IMG/VR virus record: IMGVR_UViG_3300025168_000080
Location: 615-64,614 of that record
Strand: one strand, 5' to 3'
DNA: 64,000 nt
DNA from: a virus
Taxonomy: Duplodnaviria; Caudoviricetes
Part shown: piece by piece, positions 28,627 to 37,338 of the stretch
Layout of the letters: each line of letters opens with the position of its first letter
Numbering within the stretch: the first letter of the stretch is position 1
The notes under the pieces: generated by a model
The model's input: the letters and a program-made list of their open reading frames with translations, nothing else
Database searches by the model: none
Told to the model about the DNA's origin: nothing
Translations under genes and position numbers: made by a program

Positions 28627-29166
28627 TTAAGCGTTATTTAAATAGTGTTTATATAAATCATTACCTAATTTAATACCTACATCAATATCAGATTGGTAAT
28701 GAACATGAGCAACAAGTCTACTGTTACCAATATGTTTAGCTTCCTGCATAAACTCAGAAGTATATCTGGGGTATTTATCTGATAAAACTTGTGCTATTAA
28801 TTGCGATTGAGCTGCGTGTCCTGAAGGAAATGAAGGTGTTTTAGCACTCTCCATGTTATTGTATTTTATACTAATTCCTAAGTTTAAAGCTGCTTGATGT
28901 GGTCTTAGACGATTATGATAATCTTTAATTTTTTTTATTATTGATGCAGATTCTTTAATTAAAGAATAAACTAATTCACCTGGAAACTCAACATTTCTTT
29001 TTTCTAAAATTCTTTCAAAGACACCATATATATTATCATATCGATTAGCATAATTATTATCTAACGGAACAGTATTAACTTTCATTACCTCTTTAAGCTC
29101 TTTTATTGAACCAGGTGCTGAATATTTATAAGACTTGTATTTGTTTATAGAAAACTTATCAAACAT
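28627..29166 (-). CDS. PAP2-superfamily phosphatase / haloperoxidase-like protein
   Basis: All three catalytic motifs are present: KDYHNRLRP (Kx6RP), PSFPSGH, SRLVAHVHYQSD (SRx5Hx3D). Confidence 0.88.
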   Translation of the reverse strand: MFDKFSINKYKSYKYSAPGSIKELKEVMKVNTVPLDNNYANRYDNIYGVFERILEKRNVEFPGELVYSLIKESASIIKKIKDYHNRLRPHQAALNLGISIKYNNMESAKTPSFPSGHAAQSQLIAQVLSDKYPRYTSEFMQEAKHIGNSRLVAHVHYQSDIDVGIKLGNDLYKHYLNNA

Positions 29167-31601
29167 TATCTTGGATCAAATTCTGCCAAGTCAAAACCAT
29201 CTAATGTGTCTTCGTTAGATTCAAAATTTATAGGAGGTAAATCTCTTTTTTTCTGTTGAATCATTTTAGATGTTTGCGTAGACTGTTGGCTAATTCTTTG
29301 AGACTTGCCATCTTCTTTTTCTTTTTCACGTGCATCTATTTGCGTTTGTTCCACACCTTTTAATTGCATATTAAAGTTAAATTCTTCTTGCATAAGAGCA
29401 AGTTTTAATTCTTTTTCTGCTGTAAGTTTAGCTACTTCATATTGATTTTTAGCTTGTTCAAGTTGCATTTTAGATTCTGTTTGCATTTGAATTTTAGACA
29501 TTTCTATTTGAGCTGTAGCTTGTTGTTGAGCCATAGCTTGTTGAGCTTGAGCTGCTTGTTGTTCTGCAATCTGTTGTTGCTCTAACTCTTGTTTTTGTCT
29601 ACGCTTAACTTTCAACAATTGGTTAGCCATTTTAAGATTATGTATTTCTCTTATATCTATAGCATCTTCTAAATTAATATCTTTTTGAGCTAAAGCCATT
29701 TGAATGTTTTGTTCAAGCATAGCTTTTTGTTCTTCATCTGGAGCTAATTCAAGAAAAATACCAAAATCATAAATATATAAATCTTTAATTTCATCTAAAA
29801 TTCCAGTATTGTATTTTCCTATTTGCATAGCAAACTCATCTTTAAACTCTGCATACTTTAAAACATCAGCAGTTCTGATTGTTAATGCTTCTGCTAACGT
29901 CCTTGTTATATATAAACTGGAATCTAAAATATGTCGTGTTGCTACGTTGGAATTTAAAGCTGCTAACTTTTGAACACCAACTAATGATCTTGAATCTGGA
30001 GTTGAACCATCTCTGGCTTCATTTAAACCAGTTACAGTTCTAATCATATCTAAGTAATGATTATAGTTAGCTATAAGCATTTGTAGTTTAGAAGAACCAC
30101 TATTTGAGGTTAATTGAGTAATAGGTACTTTAGCATTATTAAATTCACCATCACCTGTATAACTTCTACCTACAACACTACCCGTTTGAAAATATAAACG
30201 TAATGCATCTTCAGGATTATAAGCGTTACCAGTTCCTAAATCAACTTCATTCAATCCATCTGCATCTATAAACACACCATCTGGAACTACACGAGAAACA
30301 ACTTGTTGAATTTTTAAATGAGTTATTTGAATTAAATCTGCAAAAGGAATCATTCTTTTACATAAAGACTCCATCATACCCTTATAACTTCTTGGTGCAC
30401 ATGCTACATAGTTTGGCATTGCAAATTGATTTGCTGACTTTGGTCTGACCATATTCTCCATCATCTTCCATTGCAAAACAATATTAGTCCCCATAACCAT
30501 TACACCTTCATACCATACATCAATAGTTTTTTCTACTTTTTCAAATTTGCCTTCTTCCTGCATTTTTTGAGGAGGATTAAACTCATCATCTTTTTGTACT
30601 GTTTTAAAAGTACCATCAGCCATTTGTTTCTTTTTGTATACAAAAGAATTTGTTGATTTGTAATTAAAGTATAATAATGTAGCAGTATCTTTATAAAACA
30701 TACTGTTTTCATAGTACTGAGCATTATTATAATAATTATACCACGACTGACTATATTTAGATATTTCTTCTAAATCTTCATTTGTTAAATCAGGATCAAT
30801 TTTAATTAACTCCGTCATTGGAACAGTTTTAACTTCACCCCAATAAAAACAATCTTTAAAATATGGATCTTCTGTATAACTATACACAACATTTACTGGA
30901 TCAACATAATCTAATTTAACACCTTGTCCAAGTAGAAATTCATGTTTAGCAATACCAATACCTATAGTAGTAATATCATAGTCTACTCTTTTTCTTATAT
31001 CGTTATAATGATTTTCGTCAAACAAAGTATTTATAGCTACTTCACATGCTATTTCAACCGCTGGTTTATATTTTAAATTCATATATAACTCCAGTTCTTC
31101 ACTACTTCCAGGTAATTCTTCTTCAGGAGTATTAAATAAATCAATACCAAAATCTTGTGTCATTTGACTTAAAACTGGCTTGGCAACCATATCAGCTTCA
31201 ATCATATCTTGAAACTCATTTCTTTTTTCTGCTGACAAAACGTCTTGAGCATAGGCATTAACTTTAAACATCCTATCGGACATACCGTTAACCACAATAT
31301 CAATAAACTTTGGAATTATAGGAACAGGAGTCCAATCTAAATTTAAATAACTTAAATCACCATCAATTGCTAATTCGTTTTTATATTTAGCTATTGATTG
31401 TTCTCCACGTGCATATAGCCGTAGTTTATGGAACTCTGCCCATTGGCTATAGAACCGACAAGAATTGCCGTCTCTTCTAAACCATTCATACTGTATTGCT
31501 TGTCCTACTTGTAAACCATATTCATTTGTTTTCTTTTGAGAATCAGAAACAAATTGATCTGGAAATGCAGCAGCCTTTATATCTATTTTTACTTTTTTCA
31601 T
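29166..31601 (-). CDS. Portal protein
   Basis: 811 aa directly after terminase; PVPIIPKFIDIVVNG, TGLNEARDG; Gln-rich C-terminal barrel. Confidence 0.85.
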   Translation of the reverse strand: MKKVKIDIKAAAFPDQFVSDSQKKTNEYGLQVGQAIQYEWFRRDGNSCRFYSQWAEFHKLRLYARGEQSIAKYKNELAIDGDLSYLNLDWTPVPIIPKFIDIVVNGMSDRMFKVNAYAQDVLSAEKRNEFQDMIEADMVAKPVLSQMTQDFGIDLFNTPEEELPGSSEELELYMNLKYKPAVEIACEVAINTLFDENHYNDIRKRVDYDITTIGIGIAKHEFLLGQGVKLDYVDPVNVVYSYTEDPYFKDCFYWGEVKTVPMTELIKIDPDLTNEDLEEISKYSQSWYNYYNNAQYYENSMFYKDTATLLYFNYKSTNSFVYKKKQMADGTFKTVQKDDEFNPPQKMQEEGKFEKVEKTIDVWYEGVMVMGTNIVLQWKMMENMVRPKSANQFAMPNYVACAPRSYKGMMESLCKRMIPFADLIQITHLKIQQVVSRVVPDGVFIDADGLNEVDLGTGNAYNPEDALRLYFQTGSVVGRSYTGDGEFNNAKVPITQLTSNSGSSKLQMLIANYNHYLDMIRTVTGLNEARDGSTPDSRSLVGVQKLAALNSNVATRHILDSSLYITRTLAEALTIRTADVLKYAEFKDEFAMQIGKYNTGILDEIKDLYIYDFGIFLELAPDEEQKAMLEQNIQMALAQKDINLEDAIDIREIHNLKMANQLLKVKRRQKQELEQQQIAEQQAAQAQQAMAQQQATAQIEMSKIQMQTESKMQLEQAKNQYEVAKLTAEKELKLALMQEEFNFNMQLKGVEQTQIDAREKEKEDGKSQRISQQSTQTSKMIQQKKRDLPPINFESNEDTLDGFDLAEFDPR

Positions 31602-33877
31602 TTATTAAGTAATTGACTTACTGAACTGTTGTTATTGTACCTTGCAAAGTTAATGCTAATTTTCGACTTTTCTTTTGTCGGTGTATAGAGGTGTTTTTGA
31701 TTAGCCATAATTGCTAAACCAGAACTAATAGAGGCATCATATTTAGTTCTGTTGTTAATATCAAATTTTGCCCAATCCTCTAAAGTTCTTTGAAAGTGCA
31801 TTGAACCAACATCATCTCTTTCTCTAAAAATCCCTTCCATATCAAACCCAACATGTTTTTCTATATATGATTCTATAGCTGATGCATGTGCTTGTTTAAC
31901 ATCTTGAGATGTATTAGGAATACCACCTAATTCTTTTTCAGTTTTAGATAGTTTATTAAATACTTTATCTGGTCTATTTAAAGAAAACCCACGATACCCT
32001 CTATTTTTTAAATGATACAATAATCTTGGTTTATTATTTTCAACTAATATTGGCATTCCATAAAAAACACATGCCATTAATACTTCTTCAAAAAATATCT
32101 CAGCGGTTTGAGGTCTGGCAATATATTCTAAAATAAATTGGTTACTTGGCCATTCATCCATATTAAATTTTGTCATTCCGTGTAAAGAACCATTTGAACC
32201 TTTCCCTACAACAACACCAGATATATCATAAGAATCACATCCAAAACAACCAACATGTTCATTGCCAGGGTATTTCCTTCCGTTTCTGGTTATTACATTA
32301 TTTTGATAATTCTTTGTTGGTAAGAAAGATACGAAAAATCTTCCTCTTTTATCTGGAGTCCATATTACCTTACTATCTTTTATTCCATTAGCCCAACTAA
32401 AACGACCTTGAACTACATGTCGTTTCATTAACAATGATTCGTTGTAGTCTATTTGTTGATATATTTTAGTTAAATTAAATAATGATTGTTTGCTTTCATC
32501 ACGAAATGCGTGAGATTCACTTCTTGGAAATTGACGATAAAATTCATTTAAAGCATCTGGATCTTGAGTTAAAGATTCAACTTCATTTTCCCAATAATTT
32601 ATTGCTCCTTGAAATATTTTTTCGCCATCTATACCTTTAGTATATGTTAATGGATTATAAAATACAGGCATACCATATCTATCGATAAATCCTTCCATAT
32701 TCCATTCCATAGGAATAAATAAATTATATAGTCCACTTTTTGTTTGACCATTTTGATTTCGTTCTTGAGGATTTGAATCGTTATATAACTTTTTAAAATT
32801 AGAACCACCTTTATCTAATGCATTTGATGTAGAACCCATCATGCATTTGCCTATAATCTTGCTACCTAAACGAAGACATGTTTTTGTAACTCGCCAGTTA
32901 TTTAATATATTATCTGGTTTTTCCCACTTACCACTTTCATCGTGCAATAGTAATTGTAGTTTTTCACCATCATAAGAGTTATCTCCAGTATTTTTCCAGT
33001 CAATTGTAGTATCTAAACCTTCAAGTTCTGTGTCCTCTATTAAATACATATTTTTTTTAGTAATCTTAGATGCTGGAACTCTATATGCTAATTCAGTTTT
33101 AGGTTTATCCATACCATCTTGTATGGGTTTAAAAAAGAAAGGATAGTTGTTAGAGATAGGAACTACTTTATCAGTAAACATTTTTTTTGCATCAGAACCA
33201 GATTTAGATAAAATTCCAACACGAGAATCTTTAGATATTGTAGCGGTATTAACACCTTCACAAGAACCCATAAATGAAAACCCAGAACGTCTTATTTTTA
33301 GATAACACATTCCAAAACTTCTTTTATCTACTTTAGATGCTTCCCAATAAATATAAAAAATTCTATTTGCTTCTCTAAAATCTGGATGACCAACATCTAT
33401 TTTAGTCCATTGCAAATACATATAATGAGTCCCTGTAATGTAAGTAGGTTGTCCGTTATTTAAAAACCAATATCCTTGTTCTCTTTTATCAAATTCAGTT
33501 TCAATATATTCTACCCATTTTGATTTAAAATTAGGAGTAGTATTATGCCATTGAAATATGCTTTGAATTTTACTTAACTCTTTTGGAATATCAGATGCTG
33601 ACCAAAATTGATCATCTTTTTTTTTAGTAGATTTTAATATAGGAGTTTTAGGTAAGGCTATTTTAAGACCATTTATTTCATAAATATCTCCAATGGTTCC
33701 ATTTTGTGAAATAACAACTATGTCGTATTTTTCATTATATCCAGGTTTCCAAGTGTAAGCTTTATTTTTAGTAGCAATTACATTTTGTGGAATAAAGTTT
33801 TTTAATACTACATATAGTTTATCTTGATCTTGATTCTGCAAACCCTTTTGGAGTTTTTGATTTTGTATCTGTGCCAT
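31598..33877 (-). CDS. terL: Terminase large subunit
   Basis: LKIRRSGFS (Walker A-like), LLLHDESGK (Walker B), GSTSN, nuclease GCDSYD, ENNK and late KYD acidic residue. Confidence 0.9.
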   Translation of the reverse strand: MAQIQNQKLQKGLQNQDQDKLYVVLKNFIPQNVIATKNKAYTWKPGYNEKYDIVVISQNGTIGDIYEINGLKIALPKTPILKSTKKKDDQFWSASDIPKELSKIQSIFQWHNTTPNFKSKWVEYIETEFDKREQGYWFLNNGQPTYITGTHYMYLQWTKIDVGHPDFREANRIFYIYWEASKVDKRSFGMCYLKIRRSGFSFMGSCEGVNTATISKDSRVGILSKSGSDAKKMFTDKVVPISNNYPFFFKPIQDGMDKPKTELAYRVPASKITKKNMYLIEDTELEGLDTTIDWKNTGDNSYDGEKLQLLLHDESGKWEKPDNILNNWRVTKTCLRLGSKIIGKCMMGSTSNALDKGGSNFKKLYNDSNPQERNQNGQTKSGLYNLFIPMEWNMEGFIDRYGMPVFYNPLTYTKGIDGEKIFQGAINYWENEVESLTQDPDALNEFYRQFPRSESHAFRDESKQSLFNLTKIYQQIDYNESLLMKRHVVQGRFSWANGIKDSKVIWTPDKRGRFFVSFLPTKNYQNNVITRNGRKYPGNEHVGCFGCDSYDISGVVVGKGSNGSLHGMTKFNMDEWPSNQFILEYIARPQTAEIFFEEVLMACVFYGMPILVENNKPRLLYHLKNRGYRGFSLNRPDKVFNKLSKTEKELGGIPNTSQDVKQAHASAIESYIEKHVGFDMEGIFRERDDVGSMHFQRTLEDWAKFDINNRTKYDASISSGLAIMANQKHLYTPTKEKSKISINFARYNNNSSVSQLLNK

Positions 33878-34091
33878 CTAATTCGGATTTTTCGTCTTCT
33901 ATTCGTTTTAGTATTTCAAAAGCATCAAAAATTGCTAATTTTTTTGTTGCAGCAGCATTTTTTAATCTATCAGCAGCTAACTCATCTTCTGGATCAGGCT
34001 TTATTATTTCTTCTTTAGCAACTTTAATAAGTTGACGTACGGCATTTTCTCCAGCTTTAATAATTTCTAATTTAATTTCTTTAATATCCAT
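33819..34091 (-). CDS. Putative terminase small subunit
   Basis: 90-aa helical protein directly upstream of and overlapping terL. Confidence 0.5.
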   Translation of the reverse strand: MDIKEIKLEIIKAGENAVRQLIKVAKEEIIKPDPEDELAADRLKNAAATKKLAIFDAFEILKRIEDEKSELDGTDTKSKTPKGFAESRSR

Positions 34092-34092
34092 T

Positions 34093-34656
34093 TTATAAAA
34101 CCATTGTTATGTTGTTAGTATACATTCTATAAACTATCTCATCTTCTATATTAAATTCATATTCTGAATCTGGTTGAAATGAAACTTCATCACCTACAGA
34201 TAATCCTAACTTTTCAAGTTCTTTGTTTATGTATTTTATTTCACCCATCAAAGGCTCAACACTTCCAGATTTTTTTAAAAATGAATCTTTTTTACATATT
34301 GGTTTTACAAAACAATATTTACTATATCCTCTCCAATCGCCATCTCTTTTATAAAGATAAAATTGATCTGGATCAACTAAAAATAAATTTCCCATAAGAA
34401 AACTTTTACCACTTTTTCTTCTACCTTTCATATCGTTATAAAATTTAAAAACGTTATGATGAACAAGAAGTGTGTCTCCTTTTTTTACTTCACCTTTATA
34501 ACCCAAAGGAGTTTCTACAACAGTTGCAAAACGATTAGATGCTTTATGGTTTTCTTCAGAAGTGCTAATAATAAAGTCTATGCCACCAATTTCTTTAGTA
34601 TTTACATACCTTTTATTATCAATTGGAGTGACTAAAAATGAGTGTGGGGATTTCAT
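34093..34656 (-). CDS. Tandem GroES-like (two-domain) co-chaperonin-fold protein
   Basis: Two GroES-like halves: FLVTP...GGIDF...ATVVETP...VKKGDTLLV and CFVKP...GEIKY...LSVGDEVSF...FNIEDEIVYRM. Confidence 0.6.
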   Translation of the reverse strand: MKSPHSFLVTPIDNKRYVNTKEIGGIDFIISTSEENHKASNRFATVVETPLGYKGEVKKGDTLLVHHNVFKFYNDMKGRRKSGKSFLMGNLFLVDPDQFYLYKRDGDWRGYSKYCFVKPICKKDSFLKKSGSVEPLMGEIKYINKELEKLGLSVGDEVSFQPDSEYEFNIEDEIVYRMYTNNITMVL

Positions 34657-34874
34657 TAAAAATTTATATTATATTCAAGTGATATTGGCATTGTGGTTTT
34701 AAATTCTTTCCACAATAAAACCTCTTCGCTTTTTATAATCCAAATTTTATATGATGTGTTTTCTTGTTGTATTAAATGAATCTTATAAGTGCCGCCTAAA
34801 ACATCTTGCCCTACAATGTAATGCATTGCTCCAGACTTATAGTCTGCACCTATAGAAATTTTTCTTATGTCCAT
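34656..34874 (-). CDS. Hypothetical protein
   Basis: 72-aa ORF translationally coupled to the next gene (TAATG overlap). Confidence 0.7.
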   Translation of the reverse strand: MDIRKISIGADYKSGAMHYIVGQDVLGGTYKIHLIQQENTSYKIWIIKSEEVLLWKEFKTTMPISLEYNINF

Positions 34875-34878
34875 TTAA

Positions 34879-35406
34879 TTAAAATGATGTTCCTACTGTA
34901 AGAACTCTGTAAAATACATTAAAATATAATACACCTGTTCCTTGCGTAGGATTAGAAACAGCAGTTAAAGTTAACGCAGTATTTTGAGCTATAACTTCAT
35001 TCGACTGAGGTACTTCAGGTTTAAAAACTATATCTGTAGCTGAGTTAACACTTGAGTTTGATACTGAAGCAATAGATTCAGTACCTATTGTTACTGGTAG
35101 TGCAGGAGTAAAATTATAAACTACTGAACCAGTATCTAAATAAACCATTATACTTATTACATCAATAACTTTCCCTACACCTGGTGCTGGAATTAAAATT
35201 GCTGGAGTACTTCCTAAAGCAAGTAAAGAGGCGCTATTAAGAGTAACATGTGCTACCAACGTATCTATTCCAAATAAATTTTGAACATCTCCTAAAGTGC
35301 ATGTTTTTGTTATTAAATTATCTGACTTGTCAGTTAATATTAAATAATCTGATGATACAGGAGTTCCTATATTTGGATACGCAGATGTGTTACTTATTCT
35401 CGCCAT
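34879..35406 (-). CDS. Structural/fibre-associated protein
   Basis: MARIS N-terminus and D.....D......TK..T.GDV segment shared with 45371-46114; beta-rich. Confidence 0.6.
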   Translation of the reverse strand: MARISNTSAYPNIGTPVSSDYLILTDKSDNLITKTCTLGDVQNLFGIDTLVAHVTLNSASLLALGSTPAILIPAPGVGKVIDVISIMVYLDTGSVVYNFTPALPVTIGTESIASVSNSSVNSATDIVFKPEVPQSNEVIAQNTALTLTAVSNPTQGTGVLYFNVFYRVLTVGTSF

Positions 35407-35668
35407 CTTTTTCTTCTTTTTCTGGGTGTGTTACCTTGCCTGTAGCTAAATCTATAACAGCATTATCACCGTACTCTTCAATTAGTTTTTTCTCTAAATC
35501 TGCAAACTCAACTTGTATAACTTCTAAATCTTTTAAAGATTTATTTTTGTTAATTTCTGCATCAGCTATTTGAACTTTAGTAGCTAAAAATTTTCCATTT
35601 AACTCCTTAACTTGTTTTAACTGATCTTCTGTTAATTTTTTTTCGCTAATAATTTTTGCGTCTTCCAT
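35390..35668 (-). CDS. Coiled-coil protein (possible fibre assembly chaperone)
   Basis: 92 aa heptad pattern ending LIEEYG...IDLATG. Confidence 0.6.
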   Translation of the reverse strand: MEDAKIISEKKLTEDQLKQVKELNGKFLATKVQIADAEINKNKSLKDLEVIQVEFADLEKKLIEEYGDNAVIDLATGKVTHPEKEEKDGENK

Positions 35669-35698
35669 TTTATTATATTTAATTTATTAATATTTAAA

Positions 35699-35706
35699 CA
35701 AATATA
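35699..35706 (-). promoter_or_regulatory. Bacteroidota -7 promoter box TATATTTG
   Basis: Exact TAnnTTTG upstream of the unit running to terminase and portal. Confidence 0.6.
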
Positions 35707-35732
35707 CAAAAAAGATTTTATAATCTTTAATG

Positions 35733-36092
35733 TTATTCCTCTATTGGAGGAGCTGGATTTTGCCAAGTGAAATATAAATCCTCATTTACTGGTGTAATTT
35801 GAGATTGTATGTTTGCAGCTATAGACGATTGCATTGCTGGAACATCTAAAGAACCTTCTAACCACCCAATAACTACAGCTTCAAAAGCTTCAGTATCTTC
35901 GTAAGGTACAAAAGGATCACCAGCTACATACGTGTAACTTTGCGTTCCAATATTAGTGTTAGAGTAAATAATTCCCCCAGATTCTTCAGAACCTGTGTAT
36001 CTGTAATGTACTGTGTAGATTACATTGTCTTGCCCATCTGCTTGAATGTGAGCGTTCATTTGTGGGATGTCCCATTTGTAAATAACTGCCAT
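35733..36092 (-). CDS. Tail-fibre-associated small protein
   Basis: 119 aa acidic; Y.W.I..M...NVIYTVHYRYTG...FVPYED...V.GW pattern of small genes following fibres. Confidence 0.6.
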   Translation of the reverse strand: MAVIYKWDIPQMNAHIQADGQDNVIYTVHYRYTGSEESGGIIYSNTNIGTQSYTYVAGDPFVPYEDTEAFEAVVIGWLEGSLDVPAMQSSIAANIQSQITPVNEDLYFTWQNPAPPIEE

Positions 36093-36135
36093 TTGTTTTT
36101 TTTTGTAAAGTTAGTATTTATTTATTTAATTATTT

Positions 36136-37338
36136 TTAACATATGAACACTTGACCAACTACTCCATTAGCGTCAACCCTGTAACGTGTAGATCCAGCTC
36201 TGTAGTGACCAATACTTAAAAATGTTGTACCTGCTGAATCTGAATAAACAACATCATTTGCAACTGGGAATGTACCAGATCCATCATGATAATATGTTTG
36301 ATTTATAGTTGCAGTACATGCATTTTCTGGTCTTGCTGATAAAGAACTTGCATATGAAGTTAAACAAGCAGAGCATCCAGTGCTTATAGAATCAACGACT
36401 CCATTAACAACATATATAGCTGTATTAGAAGTAATTCTATAATATCCGTTTGTTAAAACACTCGCACCATTTGAGTCTGAAAAAACAAAATTACCAACTT
36501 GCGGTAAAGTATTTGTGTCAACCACAAAACTACCTCCTGCATTTCTGGCGAAATAATATGTTCTATCTTGCGCTGCACAACAAGATCCTTGGAAAGTACT
36601 ATTAACACCATTTGTTGTAAAAGAAGGTAATGTTGCAGGACATAATACTTTAACATTCCAAGCCGTACCAGAACAAGGTCCTACTACTTTTAAAGTTCCA
36701 GTTGTAGGTGTTAAACTTGGTTTAGGAATTACTAACGTATAATATATGTTTCCATTTGTTCCATTTAAGTTTGTATTAGTGGTTACCACACTTGTCGATC
36801 CACCATTCAAACCAAAAGAACTACCATTCCATACCGAAGTAGGTAATGTTTTTGGACTTTGAGATGCTAAAGTAGATGCTGTACAACCTGTTCTATCATC
36901 ATCACCTACAATATTTAAGTTATTACCTGTTCCAGCTGCATATCCATACGTATTTGAAGTTAAATCATTATATGTTGTACCATTAAACTCATAAGCAACC
37001 CCATCTGGCACACCTTGTGGGTAAAAATATACTACAATAGCACCTGTTGGGTTTCCACTTGTTATGGTTGCCTCAAAGTATCCAGTACCACTACCTGCAG
37101 ATAATGTGCCGCCACAAGGTATGTCTGGAGACGTAAATGATTTGCCATAAAATTCAGAGTAAGCGTGGGGAGCGTTTTGATCCACTGGCGTAGGAGTAGC
37201 ATCGTCATATCTTTTTACTAAAGAATCATCTTGAGGTGTACTACTACTTCCTGATAACGGAGCGTTGGTAGTACTTACTGTTGCAGACTCTGTATTTATC
37301 ATACTTGCTGATATGGTTCCTGAACTTGGTAATCCCAT
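36136..37338 (-). CDS. Tail tip/fibre-associated protein, paralogue of 16499-17788
   Basis: MGLPSSGTISASMIN...SEFYGKS N-terminal module typical of genes after S74-containing fibres; shares domains with 16499-17788. Confidence 0.7.
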   Translation of the reverse strand: MGLPSSGTISASMINTESATVSTTNAPLSGSSSTPQDDSLVKRYDDATPTPVDQNAPHAYSEFYGKSFTSPDIPCGGTLSAGSGTGYFEATITSGNPTGAIVVYFYPQGVPDGVAYEFNGTTYNDLTSNTYGYAAGTGNNLNIVGDDDRTGCTASTLASQSPKTLPTSVWNGSSFGLNGGSTSVVTTNTNLNGTNGNIYYTLVIPKPSLTPTTGTLKVVGPCSGTAWNVKVLCPATLPSFTTNGVNSTFQGSCCAAQDRTYYFARNAGGSFVVDTNTLPQVGNFVFSDSNGASVLTNGYYRITSNTAIYVVNGVVDSISTGCSACLTSYASSLSARPENACTATINQTYYHDGSGTFPVANDVVYSDSAGTTFLSIGHYRAGSTRYRVDANGVVGQVFIC

